DNA from: a virus
Taxonomy: Duplodnaviria > Heunggongvirae > Uroviricota > Caudoviricetes
Direction: 5' to 3' (one strand)
DNA length: 39,317 bases
IMG/VR virus record: IMGVR_UViG_2695420380_000015
Positions within the stretch are counted from its first letter, which is position 1, and each line of letters opens with the position of its first letter. Of the stretch, positions 1 through 9,290 are shown in pieces. The position numbers and the translations under genes are program-made. The notes beneath the pieces are model-generated. The model had not been told where the DNA came from, ran no database searches, and saw nothing but the letters and a program-made list of their open reading frames with translations.

Positions 1-531
1 CTAACCCGCTTTAGATTCTACCGGATTTGATTGCCTACTTGTCTCGGTTTTTTCCAAAATCTCTCTGACGCAATCGTCTGGCATATCTACAATCATCAAC
101 GCAGCCAGGCGCTTCCTGCCTTCTAGTTGTAATAAATCCTGGTTTTCTTTATTCAGCAGTGTCAGAACCGTCTCTACACCTTTGCGAGCAAGGAGATTGG
201 TTAACTGTTCTCGTTCGTCTTTCGTAAGGAATGAAAGCATCTGTGTAAGCTGATCTCCCTTATCACCAGAACAACCAAAATCACCATAAATACCAATATC
301 GTTTGGTAATTCACCCTTGCCCTCTTTAAGCCACTCAAGACTAACGCCTTCACTTTCAGAAATTCGTATAAGGATACTTTCTCTGGGGGCTGGTTGTGTT
401 TGTCCTCCCTTGAAATAGCTGTTTAATGTGTTGATATTGATTCCCCACGCTCTGGCAGCTGCACTTCTTGAAGGGTAGCGCTTTGTAAGCATTCCAATAC
501 GTTCAATAACAGGTTCTTTTCCCTGCGACAT
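1..531 (-). CDS. Phage immunity repressor (Mu c-position, HTH DNA-binding); the ORF track gives 1..657 but the first 42 codons translate the operator repeats
   Basis: Minus-strand ORF ending with TAG at 3..1. Internal ATG at 531..529 has an AAGAGG-like RBS 8 nt upstream. Leftward gene divergent from ner, as in Mu. Product has an HTH-like N-terminus (RSAAARAWGININTLNSYF). Confidence 0.6.
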   Translation of the reverse strand: MSQGKEPVIERIGMLTKRYPSRSAAARAWGININTLNSYFKGGQTQPAPRESILIRISESEGVSLEWLKEGKGELPNDIGIYGDFGCSGDKGDQLTQMLSFLTKDEREQLTNLLARKGVETVLTLLNKENQDLLQLEGRKRLAALMIVDMPDDCVREILEKTETSRQSNPVESKAG

Positions 532-595
532 AAAGATACCTCTTGGTGCTTTTCTAAGGAAAGGTTTCTTTCTATTTATCCAATTGAAAAATAAG

Positions 596-655
596 GATAA
601 AAGCAAAAATACCAAAAATACCAAAAATACCTTGATTTGGTATTTTTGGTGATGC
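596..655. promoter_or_regulatory. Operator-like repeat cluster between repressor and ner: tandem ACCAAAAAT copies plus inverted repeat ACCAAAAATACC (620-631) / GGTATTTTTGGT (639-650)
   Basis: Direct and inverted repeats read from the sequence. Position matches the Mu O1-O3 operator/enhancer region between c and ner. Confidence 0.5.
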
Positions 656-660
656 ATTAT

Positions 661-700
661 TTACCCGTACAGATATCCGCACGAATATCCGCGCGGGTAA
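661..700. promoter_or_regulatory. Dyad element TTACCCG...CGGGTAA enclosing two ATATCCGC direct repeats, just upstream of ner (candidate Ner/repressor site in the early-promoter region)
   Basis: Perfect 7-bp inverted termini at 661-667 and 694-700; ATATCCGC at 673-680 and 685-692; 20 bp upstream of the ner start. Confidence 0.4.
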
Positions 701-720
701 CTTTTTAGAATAGAGGAAGT

Positions 721-969
721 ATGAGTAGAAGAGAAGTTTCAGATCACGATTGGCCGCCTGAAATCATCAAGGCGCGCTTACACATGGCTGGCTTATCACT
801 GCGCTCTTTATCTTTAAAGGCTGGTTACAGCAGGGATTCGCTGAAAAGCGTATTACGTACTCCTTGCCGACCGTATCAGCAAATAATTGCTGATGCTCTT
901 GGGGTATCACCTGAAGAAATCTGGCCCAGTCGATACCAGGTTAAGAGCTATATGAGAAAGGCGTCATGA
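721..969 (+). CDS. ner: Ner-like DNA-binding early regulator (Ner/Nlp family)
   Basis: 82-aa ORF directly after the operator region with RBS AGAGGAAG. Translation contains Ner/Nlp-type motifs (SLRSLSLKAGYS... IIADALGVSPEEIWPSRYQ). Position identical to Mu ner. Confidence 0.85.
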   Translation: MSRREVSDHDWPPEIIKARLHMAGLSLRSLSLKAGYSRDSLKSVLRTPCRPYQQIIADALGVSPEEIWPSRYQVKSYMRKAS

Positions 970-970
970 T

Positions 971-2934
971 ATGTATGTCATTGCAAAAGAACTGATTGGC
1001 GCGCCCGGAATGCCTGCTACAACAAAAGGTATTCGCCAGGCATTACAACGTTACGTACAAGGGAAAAGCTGTTGTTCCCGTCGTCGCTCAGGCTCTAAAG
1101 CAACTGAATACAGCATCGACTGTTTACCTGAAGTGACGCAGCAGGCATTACGTGAACGCTACGCCCTGCAACTGATGACGCAAAAAGCCGATGAATCACC
1201 GGCTCCGGTGGTGACAAAGGCCAGACGCTCACCTGCCGTGGTTGATGCGGTGGAGGCATATCGCGGATCACCCCAACTGATGGTCGAACGCCTCAATGCC
1301 CTGACTGAAAACCAACGTAAAGTGGCAGAGGCACGAATAGCGATCGTCAGCGAGGTGCTGAAAATCGCGCAACAACCCGGCTTTAGTTGCGCTAAGGCTA
1401 TCCGGTTCCTCGTTAACAGCCTGGCACGATCACAACTGGACGAGCGCATTGTGGCAATGGTTGAGACGGCGAACGCCAAAAAGGGAAACAGCCGCGCGTT
1501 GAGTGAAATCACGCTGAAACGCTGGATTGCGGCCTTTAACAAGGCACAGAACGCCGCTGAACGCCTGCTTTTACTGGCACCGGGTAAACGCCAGGAAATA
1601 AAAGCCGAAGATATTAACTGGCTGCCCGAATTTCTGGCGCAGTATCGCCAGTCAAACGGCCGACCAATGACCGAGGCTTACGAGGATTTTGTTGCTGAAT
1701 GGCAGCACCGGCACGCTGATGAGCCTTATATGCTCGATATCATGCCCTCTTATGACACCATTCGCCGCGCAATGAAGAAACTGCCGGAAGTGGTGAAACA
1801 AAAAGGCCGGGTAACTGGCAGTGAATACCGTCAGCTTGAGGGATTCACGCGCCGCGACTGGTCCAGAATGCCGGTGAATTATGTCTGGATTGGTGACGGT
1901 CACGGCATGAAGCTGAAATGCGCGCACCCGGTTCACGGGCGGCCATTCGCACCGGAAGTGACCTTTGTTATCGACGGTGGCACGCGCTTTGTGGTGGGCT
2001 GGAGCCTTGACCTGGCTGAAAATGTTTTCGCCGTAGCCGGTGCCATACAGCACGGTATTCGCCATCATGGCAAACCGTTTCTGTATTACTCGGATAATGG
2101 CTCCGGGGAAACCGCCGACGTCCTGGATAAGGAGATTGTGGGGATACTGCCACGACTGGGGATTAATCACCCGACAGGGATTGCCGGTAATCCGCAGGGA
2201 CGGGGCATTATCGAACGGCTTAACCGCACATTACCGATGCGCATAGCCCGTAAATACCGCACCTATTTCGGGAAAGGAGCAGATCGCGAGACGTTACGTA
2301 AAACCAACCGCGATTTACGCTCGGCATTCAGTGCCCTGCAACAGGGCAAACGGCTGAACGCCCGGCAGCAGTCAGCGATGCGTGATTTACCGTCCTGGTC
2401 TGAACTGATTGATGCCATTCGTGACGGTGTTGAGTGGTACAACAACCGGCCGCACGATGAATTACCCATGAAGCCGAACGGTAAACATTACAGCCCGGCG
2501 GAGTTCAGAAAAAAACGCCTGGCGGAAGAGGACACGGAAATTGAATGGCTGTCCGATGTTGAACTGCGGGATATGTTCCGGCCGATGGTGGAGCGCCCTG
2601 TAAGACGCTGTGAAATACGCTGGCTGAATAATATTTACTACGCGCCCGAGCTGCGTGACGAGCATGGCCGTAAGGTACTTATCAGCTATGACATTCATGA
2701 TGCCGAACGAATTACCGTGCGCCGCCCGGATGGCAGCGTGATTTGCGAGGCGGTATGGGACGGCAATAAACGCGAAGCCTTCCCTGTCAGCGCGGAATAC
2801 TACAAACAGCAGCAGCGCCTTAAAGGCATGCGTAAACGCGCAGAGGAAAAAATCCGTGATGCCGAGGATGAGGTTGTCAACGTGCTGGAGCACAAGCCGC
2901 AGGAGCCCTGGCTGGAAAACATATACCGCCCTGT
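971..2934 (+). CDS. A: DDE transposase, MuA-like; 3' end lost in the N run, so the track's 762-aa read-through to 3259 is not trustworthy
   Basis: Long ORF starting 1 nt after ner. Contains a DDE-type core (WIGDGHG..., YYSDNGSGET..., IIERLNRTL) and sits ner-A-B as in Mu. Confidence 0.85.
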
Positions 2935-3238
2935 NNNNNNNNNNNNNNNNNNNNNNNNNNNNNNNNNNNNNNNNNNNNNNNNNNNNNNNNNNNNNNNNNN
3001 NNNNNNNNNNNNNNNNNNNNNNNNNNNNNNNNNNNNNNNNNNNNNNNNNNNNNNNNNNNNNNNNNNNNNNNNNNNNNNNNNNNNNNNNNNNNNNNNNNNN
3101 NNNNNNNNNNNNNNNNNNNNNNNNNNNNNNNNNNNNNNNNNNNNNNNNNNNNNNNNNNNNNNNNNNNNNNNNNNNNNNNNNNNNNNNNNNNNNNNNNNNN
3201 NNNNNNNNNNNNNNNNNNNNNNNNNNNNNNNNNNNNNN
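2935..3238. other. Run of N (masked or unsequenced) covering the transposase 3' end and the B 5' end
   Basis: 304 consecutive n characters. Confidence 0.99.
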
Positions 3239-4163
3239 TTATTGATGGCGGCGTACTGACGCAGTATGCCATCGCCAGAGAGGCGGGAATTTCCGACGGC
3301 ACATTATCGGCTTTCCGTAAGGGAAAATATAAAGGCGATAACGCTGCTGTGGCTGNNNNNNNNNNNNNNNNNNNNNNNNNNNNNNNNNTTCCCTGCGCTC
3401 CTGGTATGAGAACTGGAATAAACAAAGCGCACTGCCGGAACCGCCGCAGTTTGTGGAAACTCAGACAGTCCAGGAGCTGCGCGCACTGTTTCAGGCGGTT
3501 CGCCTGATGGGCTGTATTAACGTTATTGTGGGCGTACCGGGTGTGGGTAAAACGGCCACTGCCCGTAATTACTGCCAGGAGCAACCAAACACCTGGATGA
3601 TCACCCTGTCACCCGCGCACTCCAGCGTCACGGAGTGTCTGCTGGAGCTGGCCGATGCGCTGGGGATTGATTACACCCGCGCGAACAAAGGGGCATTATC
3701 CCGCGCCATCCGCCGTCGCCTGATGGGAACGCGTGGACTGGTGATTGTGGATGAGGCGGATCATCTTGGTATTGACGGTCTGGAGCAACTCCGGGCAATT
3801 CAGGACGCCACGGGGATCGGGATGGTGCTTATTGGTAACCCGCGCGGATTGTTTAAAGGTGGACGCCGCGCCTTTGATGATTTATCGCGCCTGTTCAGCC
3901 GTCTTGCCCGTACAAAACAACTTCGCAAGGCCAAAAAGGCGGATGTGCTGGCCATTGCCATGGCGTGGGGGATCAGTGGTGAGGCCGAGCTGGCCGTCAT
4001 GCAGGCTATCGCTGAAAAGCCGGGAGCGTTACGCGTTCTGACACATACGCTTAACCAGGCGTGGCTCACCGCCAGCGGTGAAGGCGCGGCGCTGACAGAA
4101 AAACATATTAATGCGGCCTTTAAAGAGGTTTATACCAACCCTGAATTACTCTCACAGGTGTGA
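3239..4163 (+). CDS. B: MuB-like AAA+ ATPase / transposition target-capture protein; true start is inside the N run, and the gene also crosses the 33-nt N run at 3356-3388
   Basis: Frame-0 reading from 3240 gives an HTH-like N-terminus (QYAIAREAGISDGTLSAFRKGKYKGDN). Walker A GVPGVGKT at 3531-3554. Stop at 4161-4163. Follows A as in Mu. Confidence 0.85.
3356..3388. other. Run of N inside the B gene
   Basis: 33 consecutive n characters. Confidence 0.99.
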
Positions 4164-4165
4164 TT

Positions 4166-4387
4166 ATGGCGGTATTTAATATTCCTGATATTTACGGACG
4201 CTTTTACCTGGTTAATTTCGATAACGTGAAGGTGATTTCACTGGCCGAAAATAAAGAATGTGGCGATTTACTTTTTGAATTTAATGACCGCACACGAATG
4301 GTGATATCTGCCGGACTTGATCGCGAAGGTGCGACAGAAGTTTACAGCGGAATATGCCGTTCTGTTGGTGCGAAACAAGTCAGCTAA
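4166..4387 (+). CDS. Hypothetical early protein (74 aa) at the position of Mu kil
   Basis: ATG at 4166 immediately after the B stop. Assignment is positional only. Confidence 0.45.
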   Translation: MAVFNIPDIYGRFYLVNFDNVKVISLAENKECGDLLFEFNDRTRMVISAGLDREGATEVYSGICRSVGAKQVS

Positions 4388-4654
4388 ATGAGGTGTTATA
4401 TGAATATGCAATCCTGCGGTAACAAAATGAATTTATTCGACTCCCTGAACAGCGCGCGCCGTCTGACCGAACTTGCCGGTGCGGTACTGGAACGCAGTAA
4501 GCGCTATCCGCAACGTTTTGCACTGAAAACCACGCCGCCGGTAGGCAACGTGCAGGGAACCGGTGAAATTGAAATCACCATACAGACCAACGGCCTGCGC
4601 CGCCGTGTGAAGGCCACCCGCATCAGCGGCTGCACGGTTTACTGGGAGGTGTGA
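4388..4654 (+). CDS. Hypothetical early protein (more probable start ATG at 4400)
   Basis: ORF tightly packed after the previous gene with a GAGGTG RBS. Confidence 0.45.
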   Translation: MRCYMNMQSCGNKMNLFDSLNSARRLTELAGAVLERSKRYPQRFALKTTPPVGNVQGTGEIEITIQTNGLRRRVKATRISGCTVYWEV

Positions 4655-4655
4655 G

Positions 4656-4937
4656 GTGAAAAAAAATCTCATTGCATGGGCGTGGTCGAGTGGTCTTATT
4701 GAGTTTGGTTACGTCCTGCCGGAAGGTGCATTGCCGATAGTTGCCGGAAAGCCTGCCACGGTACGGCATGTGATTGAGGTTATGGCGCGTCATGGACGTG
4801 ATGAACAGGAGCAGTTACTGGTTCCGGGGATACCGGAAGCGGTGACGGAGGAAGAAGCCTTTAATGCCATGATTCGGTTCTGCCGTGAGGTCAGACGCCG
4901 GGTCAGTTATCCAAACAGAACGAGGACCAGAGGATGA
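4656..4937 (+). CDS. Hypothetical early protein (93 aa, GTG start)
   Basis: GGAGGTG RBS before a GTG start; overlaps the next gene by 4 nt (operon-style coupling). Confidence 0.5.
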   Translation: MKKNLIAWAWSSGLIEFGYVLPEGALPIVAGKPATVRHVIEVMARHGRDEQEQLLVPGIPEAVTEEEAFNAMIRFCREVRRRVSYPNRTRTRG

Positions 4938-5206
4938 GTAAAGTCGTACACATTATTTTCGAATATAAGGAGCACGTTATCCATAAAAACGCTGATGGAA
5001 CAGTGCGCATGGGGGTAAGTCTGGACATACGTTCAACCGGGATAAAGCAGAAAGGTGATGGACCCGCCATGATTTTTGGGGTGGTTATGCTCGCGGAAAG
5101 CAGAAACTTCGCAGAGCTTGTGGCAATGAAAGCCAGTGCATTCATGAAAGACAGGGGCATGGCTTCCGGGGTTATTAACGGTAATGAATTTAATCAGCAG
5201 GGGTAA
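4934..5206 (+). CDS. Hypothetical early protein, paralog 1 of a tandem pair (MSKVVHIIFEYKEH...)
   Basis: 90-aa ORF whose N-terminus closely matches the next gene. Confidence 0.5.
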   Translation: MSKVVHIIFEYKEHVIHKNADGTVRMGVSLDIRSTGIKQKGDGPAMIFGVVMLAESRNFAELVAMKASAFMKDRGMASGVINGNEFNQQG

Positions 5207-5210
5207 TTCC

Positions 5211-5504
5211 ATGAGCAAAGTACGCGTTATTTTTGAATTTAACCACGTAATGCATGAAGTAAAGCCAGCCGGTAATGATAGTCAGGAAATCACGGAGGGG
5301 GTTACTGCCACTGTAAAAATCGAACGTGATACGGAGAACAGACCGACAGGCCCATGTGATGTTTATGCGCAAATTCTTAAATATCACAGCCCCACAATTA
5401 TTCAGTTTCTGACAGATGAACTTCAGGGTTCCATGCAGGCTCTGGGGGTGAAAAGCAGCATTGAGCGCCGCTCCTTGCAGAACGCACCAGATACATTGCA
5501 ATAA
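5211..5504 (+). CDS. Hypothetical early protein, paralog 2 of a tandem pair (MSKVRVIFEFNHVMHE...)
   Basis: ATG at 5211 inside track ORF 5184..5504. N-terminal motif MSKV-x-IIFE(F/Y) shared with 4934..5206. Confidence 0.5.
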   Translation: MSKVRVIFEFNHVMHEVKPAGNDSQEITEGVTATVKIERDTENRPTGPCDVYAQILKYHSPTIIQFLTDELQGSMQALGVKSSIERRSLQNAPDTLQ

Positions 5505-5515
5505 GGAAAAACAAA

Positions 5516-6046
5516 ATGGCAAAACGCGTTACAAAATTAAAGGCTGTAGCCGAGGCCGCACCGCAGACCCGCGAAGAAGTCAGCCGCGATATCCGCACCC
5601 TGGGCGATATTCAGCGAGAGGCGCTGCGCCTGGAAACGGCGATGAATGATGAAGTGGCAGAAATCACCGCCCGTTATACGCCGCAGATTGAAAATCTTAA
5701 AAAGCAAATCAAAGTGCTTTTTAAAGGGATTCAGGACTGGTGTAAAACCAACCGTGATGAGCTGACGAACGGCGGCAAAACCAAAACTGCCAATCTGACC
5801 ACCGGAACGGTGTCATGGCGGCTGGGAACGCCATCATGCAGCGTCAGCCGTGATGTGGAAGGTGTGATTGACACGCTGCGCCGTATGGGGCTTGAGCGAT
5901 TCATCCGCACGAAAGAGGAAGTGAACAAGGAAGCCGTCCTGGCGGAGCCGGATGCGGTGAAAGGCATTGCCGGTATAAAGGTGAATAAAGGCGCTGAAAG
6001 TTTTTATGTCGAGCCTTTTGAACAGGATGCCGGACTGAATAAATAA
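5516..6046 (+). CDS. gam: Gam-like host-nuclease inhibitor / DNA-end-binding protein
   Basis: 176-aa product with Mu Gam-like blocks (RLETAMNDEVAEITARY, NRDELTNGGKTKTANLTTGTVSWR, ERFIRTKEEVNKEA); RBS AAGGAAAAACAAA. Confidence 0.85.
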   Translation: MAKRVTKLKAVAEAAPQTREEVSRDIRTLGDIQREALRLETAMNDEVAEITARYTPQIENLKKQIKVLFKGIQDWCKTNRDELTNGGKTKTANLTTGTVSWRLGTPSCSVSRDVEGVIDTLRRMGLERFIRTKEEVNKEAVLAEPDAVKGIAGIKVNKGAESFYVEPFEQDAGLNK

Positions 6047-6143
6047 CACCGCATTAATTATTTAAATATCACTTCATTTTAATTATGGCGCTCGCGTCAG
6101 GGGACTGCTTGCGCCTGAAAGCTGAAAATAAGGAATCGGAAAT

Positions 6144-6686
6144 ATGGCATATTTTTATTTCAAATTAGACCGTGTGCAGACAAATAAATATTTCACCAAA
6201 TATCAACAGGCTGTTTTACCGCTACGCAACAGTATTCTTCGGACATTACTGAAAAATACAGGCGCTGCCGGATTGCGCTTAAAGCCGTTCGCCATGGACA
6301 GAATCAGTGAGTTTTATTTTGCCGGTGCTCTGCCTGCGGGCTGGCGTAAGCGCGATGATGTGGCTTTTATCGGTGGCGGACAGTGCTTTATAGCCAGACC
6401 TGATGAGTCATGCCCTGAAGGACCGGCGATTGCCGCAATGATTGAAGCCGCTGAACGCGAGTTAAGAAAGCGTCCTGATTTCCTTGTCTGGCTCTGTGAA
6501 AAGCTGGGGGTAATGAGAATCCCCTCCATGTTTAACACGGACTCCTGGTGGACCCCTTCGTTCTCCCGTGATGCCCTGTGCGTGGTGTTTAAAGTGGGCG
6601 CTTATGGCAGGGAAATAAACGGATGTATTCCTGAAGAATGCCAGGAAATTAAACATTCTGAATATGTGGCGCTGACGGAGGAATAA
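6144..6686 (+). CDS. Hypothetical protein (180 aa)
   Basis: ORF with an AAGGA RBS; no recognisable motif. Confidence 0.45.
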   Translation: MAYFYFKLDRVQTNKYFTKYQQAVLPLRNSILRTLLKNTGAAGLRLKPFAMDRISEFYFAGALPAGWRKRDDVAFIGGGQCFIARPDESCPEGPAIAAMIEAAERELRKRPDFLVWLCEKLGVMRIPSMFNTDSWWTPSFSRDALCVVFKVGAYGREINGCIPEECQEIKHSEYVALTEE

Positions 6687-6689
6687 TTC

Positions 6690-7223
6690 ATGATTGATGC
6701 AAAAGTGCTTGAAGGGGTTAAAAACTGGCTGAGTATTTACGGGCGTCTGACCTGCGGCGTACTGGCTGAAAAAATGAATATGCCGCCATCCTCCATGGTT
6801 TATTTTCTGCGTGATGCGGTTGATGCCGGGGTGCTGACGGAATGTAACGGTTTTTATGATATTCCGCGTCCCCGCCCGGTGCAGCCGATTCGTCGCAAAT
6901 GCAGACAGGAATCTGCGGCTGATGATGTTCAGTGGTGCAGCTTCAGAAAATCCCTGCCATGGATTGAGGGGCATGATATTCCGTCGATGGCGTGGGAATT
7001 TGCTCAGGGCGTTCTGACCTGTGAAACCGTTTATGTGGTGGCTGAAGTTGATGAGCAGGCCATGAAAGAAGGCGTGCCCCAGTTTGTGATGGCGTATATC
7101 GACATTCGCCTGGGTGTCATCATCTGCGGTTTAAGCGGCTGGAATATCACCGCGCGTGTTCTGCGCTACCTGATTGTTGACCGGACAGCAGCGCCTGCCG
7201 GGATATCTGCGGAGGTGGCGTAA
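6690..7223 (+). CDS. Hypothetical protein (177 aa)
   Basis: Tightly packed ORF, 4 nt after the previous stop. Confidence 0.5.
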   Translation: MIDAKVLEGVKNWLSIYGRLTCGVLAEKMNMPPSSMVYFLRDAVDAGVLTECNGFYDIPRPRPVQPIRRKCRQESAADDVQWCSFRKSLPWIEGHDIPSMAWEFAQGVLTCETVYVVAEVDEQAMKEGVPQFVMAYIDIRLGVIICGLSGWNITARVLRYLIVDRTAAPAGISAEVA

Positions 7224-7738
7224 TGTTCTTTAAAACATCAAACCCTTCCGCGCTGGCTGCGTGGCAAAAATACCAGCAGGACTGCCAGACGGTAAAAGAT
7301 GAGGCGAAACGCCTTGAGGCCGTGCTGAATGTTGCGTGCCGGTCGGTATTTGAATTCAGTATCAGTGGTTTTTGTTTTAAGGGACTGCGTTTTACGGAGG
7401 ACAAATATCCTTTTCATCGCGACTTATGGCGAAAACCGACTGCGTCGAATGGCTGGAGCTGCACACCGCGCACATCACGTATCCCTAAAGCCCTGCGTGT
7501 TGCCTCTGATGAACTGAACAGTCTGTGGCGTGAATATTCGCCCGTCACGTATGCCAGAACCGATGCCCTGTTGTTCTGGCTGGGTATTGACTTCTCAGCA
7601 ATATTGTATGGTCCCGTGAACTGGTTCTGCGTTGACAATGTGATTTATCTTCAGTGCGAAGATGATTCCGCAAAACGGAAAATGACCGAAATTCTGTCTG
7701 ATGAGTTTTATGCTGCCGAAAAGCGAGTCAGGGGGTGA
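7223..7738 (+). CDS. Hypothetical protein (171 aa)
   Basis: Start overlaps the previous stop (operon-style coupling). Confidence 0.5.
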   Translation: MFFKTSNPSALAAWQKYQQDCQTVKDEAKRLEAVLNVACRSVFEFSISGFCFKGLRFTEDKYPFHRDLWRKPTASNGWSCTPRTSRIPKALRVASDELNSLWREYSPVTYARTDALLFWLGIDFSAILYGPVNWFCVDNVIYLQCEDDSAKRKMTEILSDEFYAAEKRVRG

Positions 7739-7741
7739 TGT

Positions 7742-8293
7742 ATGATGATTTTACAACACATGGGGCGAAAAGGTCGTACACCCGCTCATGTCCGCGCGTG
7801 GACACCTGAAGAAGATGCGCTACTGATTGCGCTTTATTCATCCACCCCGGTTAAGGATATTGCTGCCAGAATAAAAAGAACTGTCTGGGCTGTATATAAC
7901 CGGACTGGTGTATTGCGCAGTTCATACCCGGAGTTACTGAAATATAAACACCCAAGATTTACACCTGATGAAGATAAGTTTATTCGAAAAAATGCCAGAA
8001 CAATGACCTGCCAGCAAATGGGAGAATATCTCGGACGTAATAAAGATTCTGTCAGATGTCGGGCAGGAATGATTGGTGCTGGATTAACAAAGTGCGGAGA
8101 GTTACGCCCCGGCACGCGCATATCTGATGATGATGTACGTCTTATACGTGCGCTGCGTGATTCCGATTACCCACGCCGTCTGTCATTCCGGGAAATTGGC
8201 GAAAAGTTTGGAATATCTGAACATTCTGCTCACGCAGTTTATTACCGTCGCCGGACTGCCGAGGACGCTGTATTACGGGAGTTAACGCCATGA
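7742..8293 (+). CDS. Hypothetical DNA-binding protein with three tandem Myb/SANT-like HTH repeats
   Basis: Three internally repeated segments of about 45 aa, each with a W/F-T-P-(E/D)-E-D motif followed by helix-like basic stretches (RAWTPEEDALLIALY..., RFTPDEDKFIRKN..., RISDDDVRLIRAL...). Confidence 0.5.
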   Translation: MMILQHMGRKGRTPAHVRAWTPEEDALLIALYSSTPVKDIAARIKRTVWAVYNRTGVLRSSYPELLKYKHPRFTPDEDKFIRKNARTMTCQQMGEYLGRNKDSVRCRAGMIGAGLTKCGELRPGTRISDDDVRLIRALRDSDYPRRLSFREIGEKFGISEHSAHAVYYRRRTAEDAVLRELTP

Positions 8294-8619
8294 TAACGAC
8301 CTTATTTGTTGAATCAGATGAACCTCTTGTGTGTGCCGCCGGAATGCCGCTCTGTGGCGGAACGCTGACCGGTGTTTATTTCGGGGATTTACGCGGTTAT
8401 CCCTGGCATTCACTGAATGATGCTTTCCCACCTGATATGGAGGCTGTCGTGCTGATTGTTCAGTATGGTCACCGTCAGGAGCTGCGCATCGGCCATATGG
8501 GGTATGAAGGCTTTTTTGTTGATGAAGAAACCGGAGCCTGCCTTGAAGATGAAGACGGACAGGTGACGCACTGGTGTCATATTTCGGCTTTACCGGAATT
8601 ACGGGAGGTGAATGCGTGA
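8290..8619 (+). CDS. Hypothetical protein (109 aa)
   Basis: ATGA start/stop overlap with the upstream gene. Confidence 0.45.
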   Translation: MITTLFVESDEPLVCAAGMPLCGGTLTGVYFGDLRGYPWHSLNDAFPPDMEAVVLIVQYGHRQELRIGHMGYEGFFVDEETGACLEDEDGQVTHWCHISALPELREVNA

Positions 8620-8966
8620 GAAGTTATATTGATAATGAAAAGCTGGAGACAATAAGCGACTGTCTTAGCTTGCTGGCAAAAATCAAAGAAACTATTGAAG
8701 AGATTAAATTTCAGCTTGAATACGCACCATGTGGCGATGATGCATGGCGTAATGCTGCCAGAAAAGCACTGGCTGTCTTTCAGAAACAACGCCGGGCTGT
8801 TGAATACCGCCTTGCTGTATTGCGCCAGGAGGAAAAGGAAAGAAATATAAGACGTCATGAACGCGTTAATGATTTCCTTGTTCGTGAATTAAAAGAGCGC
8901 GTGCCGGAGTCGGTATTTTTTGAATGTGAGGCTATAGCCCGTAGCAAAGCACTGGAAACAGATTAA
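8613..8966 (+). CDS. Hypothetical coiled-coil protein (GTG start; track ORF 8574..8966)
   Basis: GTG at 8613 preceded by GGGAGG; AT-rich coding sequence; charged heptad-like composition. Confidence 0.4.
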   Translation, partial: CVRSYIDNEKLETISDCLSLLAKIKETIEEIKFQLEYAPCGDDAWRNAARKALAVFQKQRRAVEYRLAVLRQEEKERNIRRHERVNDFLVRELKERVPESVFFECEAIARSKALETD

Positions 8967-8981
8967 GCAGGCAGGTGAATA

Positions 8982-9290
8982 ATGAGTATTGAATTAAGAT
9001 CGTCTTATGAATATCGCAAAATCCTTATCGCCGGAGGCATGAAACCGGAAGATGCAGAGAAATTCGTTTCTTTTATGGATAAAGAATGTGACAAGCGGGA
9101 TATGCCAGAAATTATTATGGATGACATGATTCTGGATTCAGCCGTGGCGTTAAGTCCGTTATGGATTGTGCATACTCTTGCGGAAATAGCTAAAAGAAGT
9201 GACAAGCAGGCGGCTGTCGCCGCCCTGCGATTACTGGCTGAATTAAGTTGTTCAGTCAATCCCAATACGTTCTTTGACGAACCTGGTTAA
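8982..9290 (+). CDS. Hypothetical protein (102 aa), AT-rich
   Basis: ORF with an RBS; its last 39 nt overlap the 3' end of the convergent minus-strand gene. Confidence 0.4.
   Translation: MSIELRSSYEYRKILIAGGMKPEDAEKFVSFMDKECDKRDMPEIIMDDMILDSAVALSPLWIVHTLAEIAKRSDKQAAVAALRLLAELSCSVNPNTFFDEPG

Noticed and set aside
532-657. N-terminal extension of the repressor ORF (track start at 657, MHHQKYQIKVFLVFLVFLL...)
   Set aside because: It translates the operator direct repeats (low-complexity FLV repeats); the internal ATG at 531 has a proper RBS.
1159-2893. Several minus-strand ORFs (1159..1542, 1652..2170, 2462..2893) inside the transposase gene
   Set aside because: Antisense to a confidently coding gene, with low-complexity or Arg/Ser-rich translations and no RBS; typical spurious ORFs in GC-rich coding DNA.
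971-3259. 762-aa full-length transposase read through the N run
   Set aside because: The reading frame across 304 unknown bases is meaningless; the B N-terminus is visibly encoded in another frame from 3240, so A must end inside the masked region.
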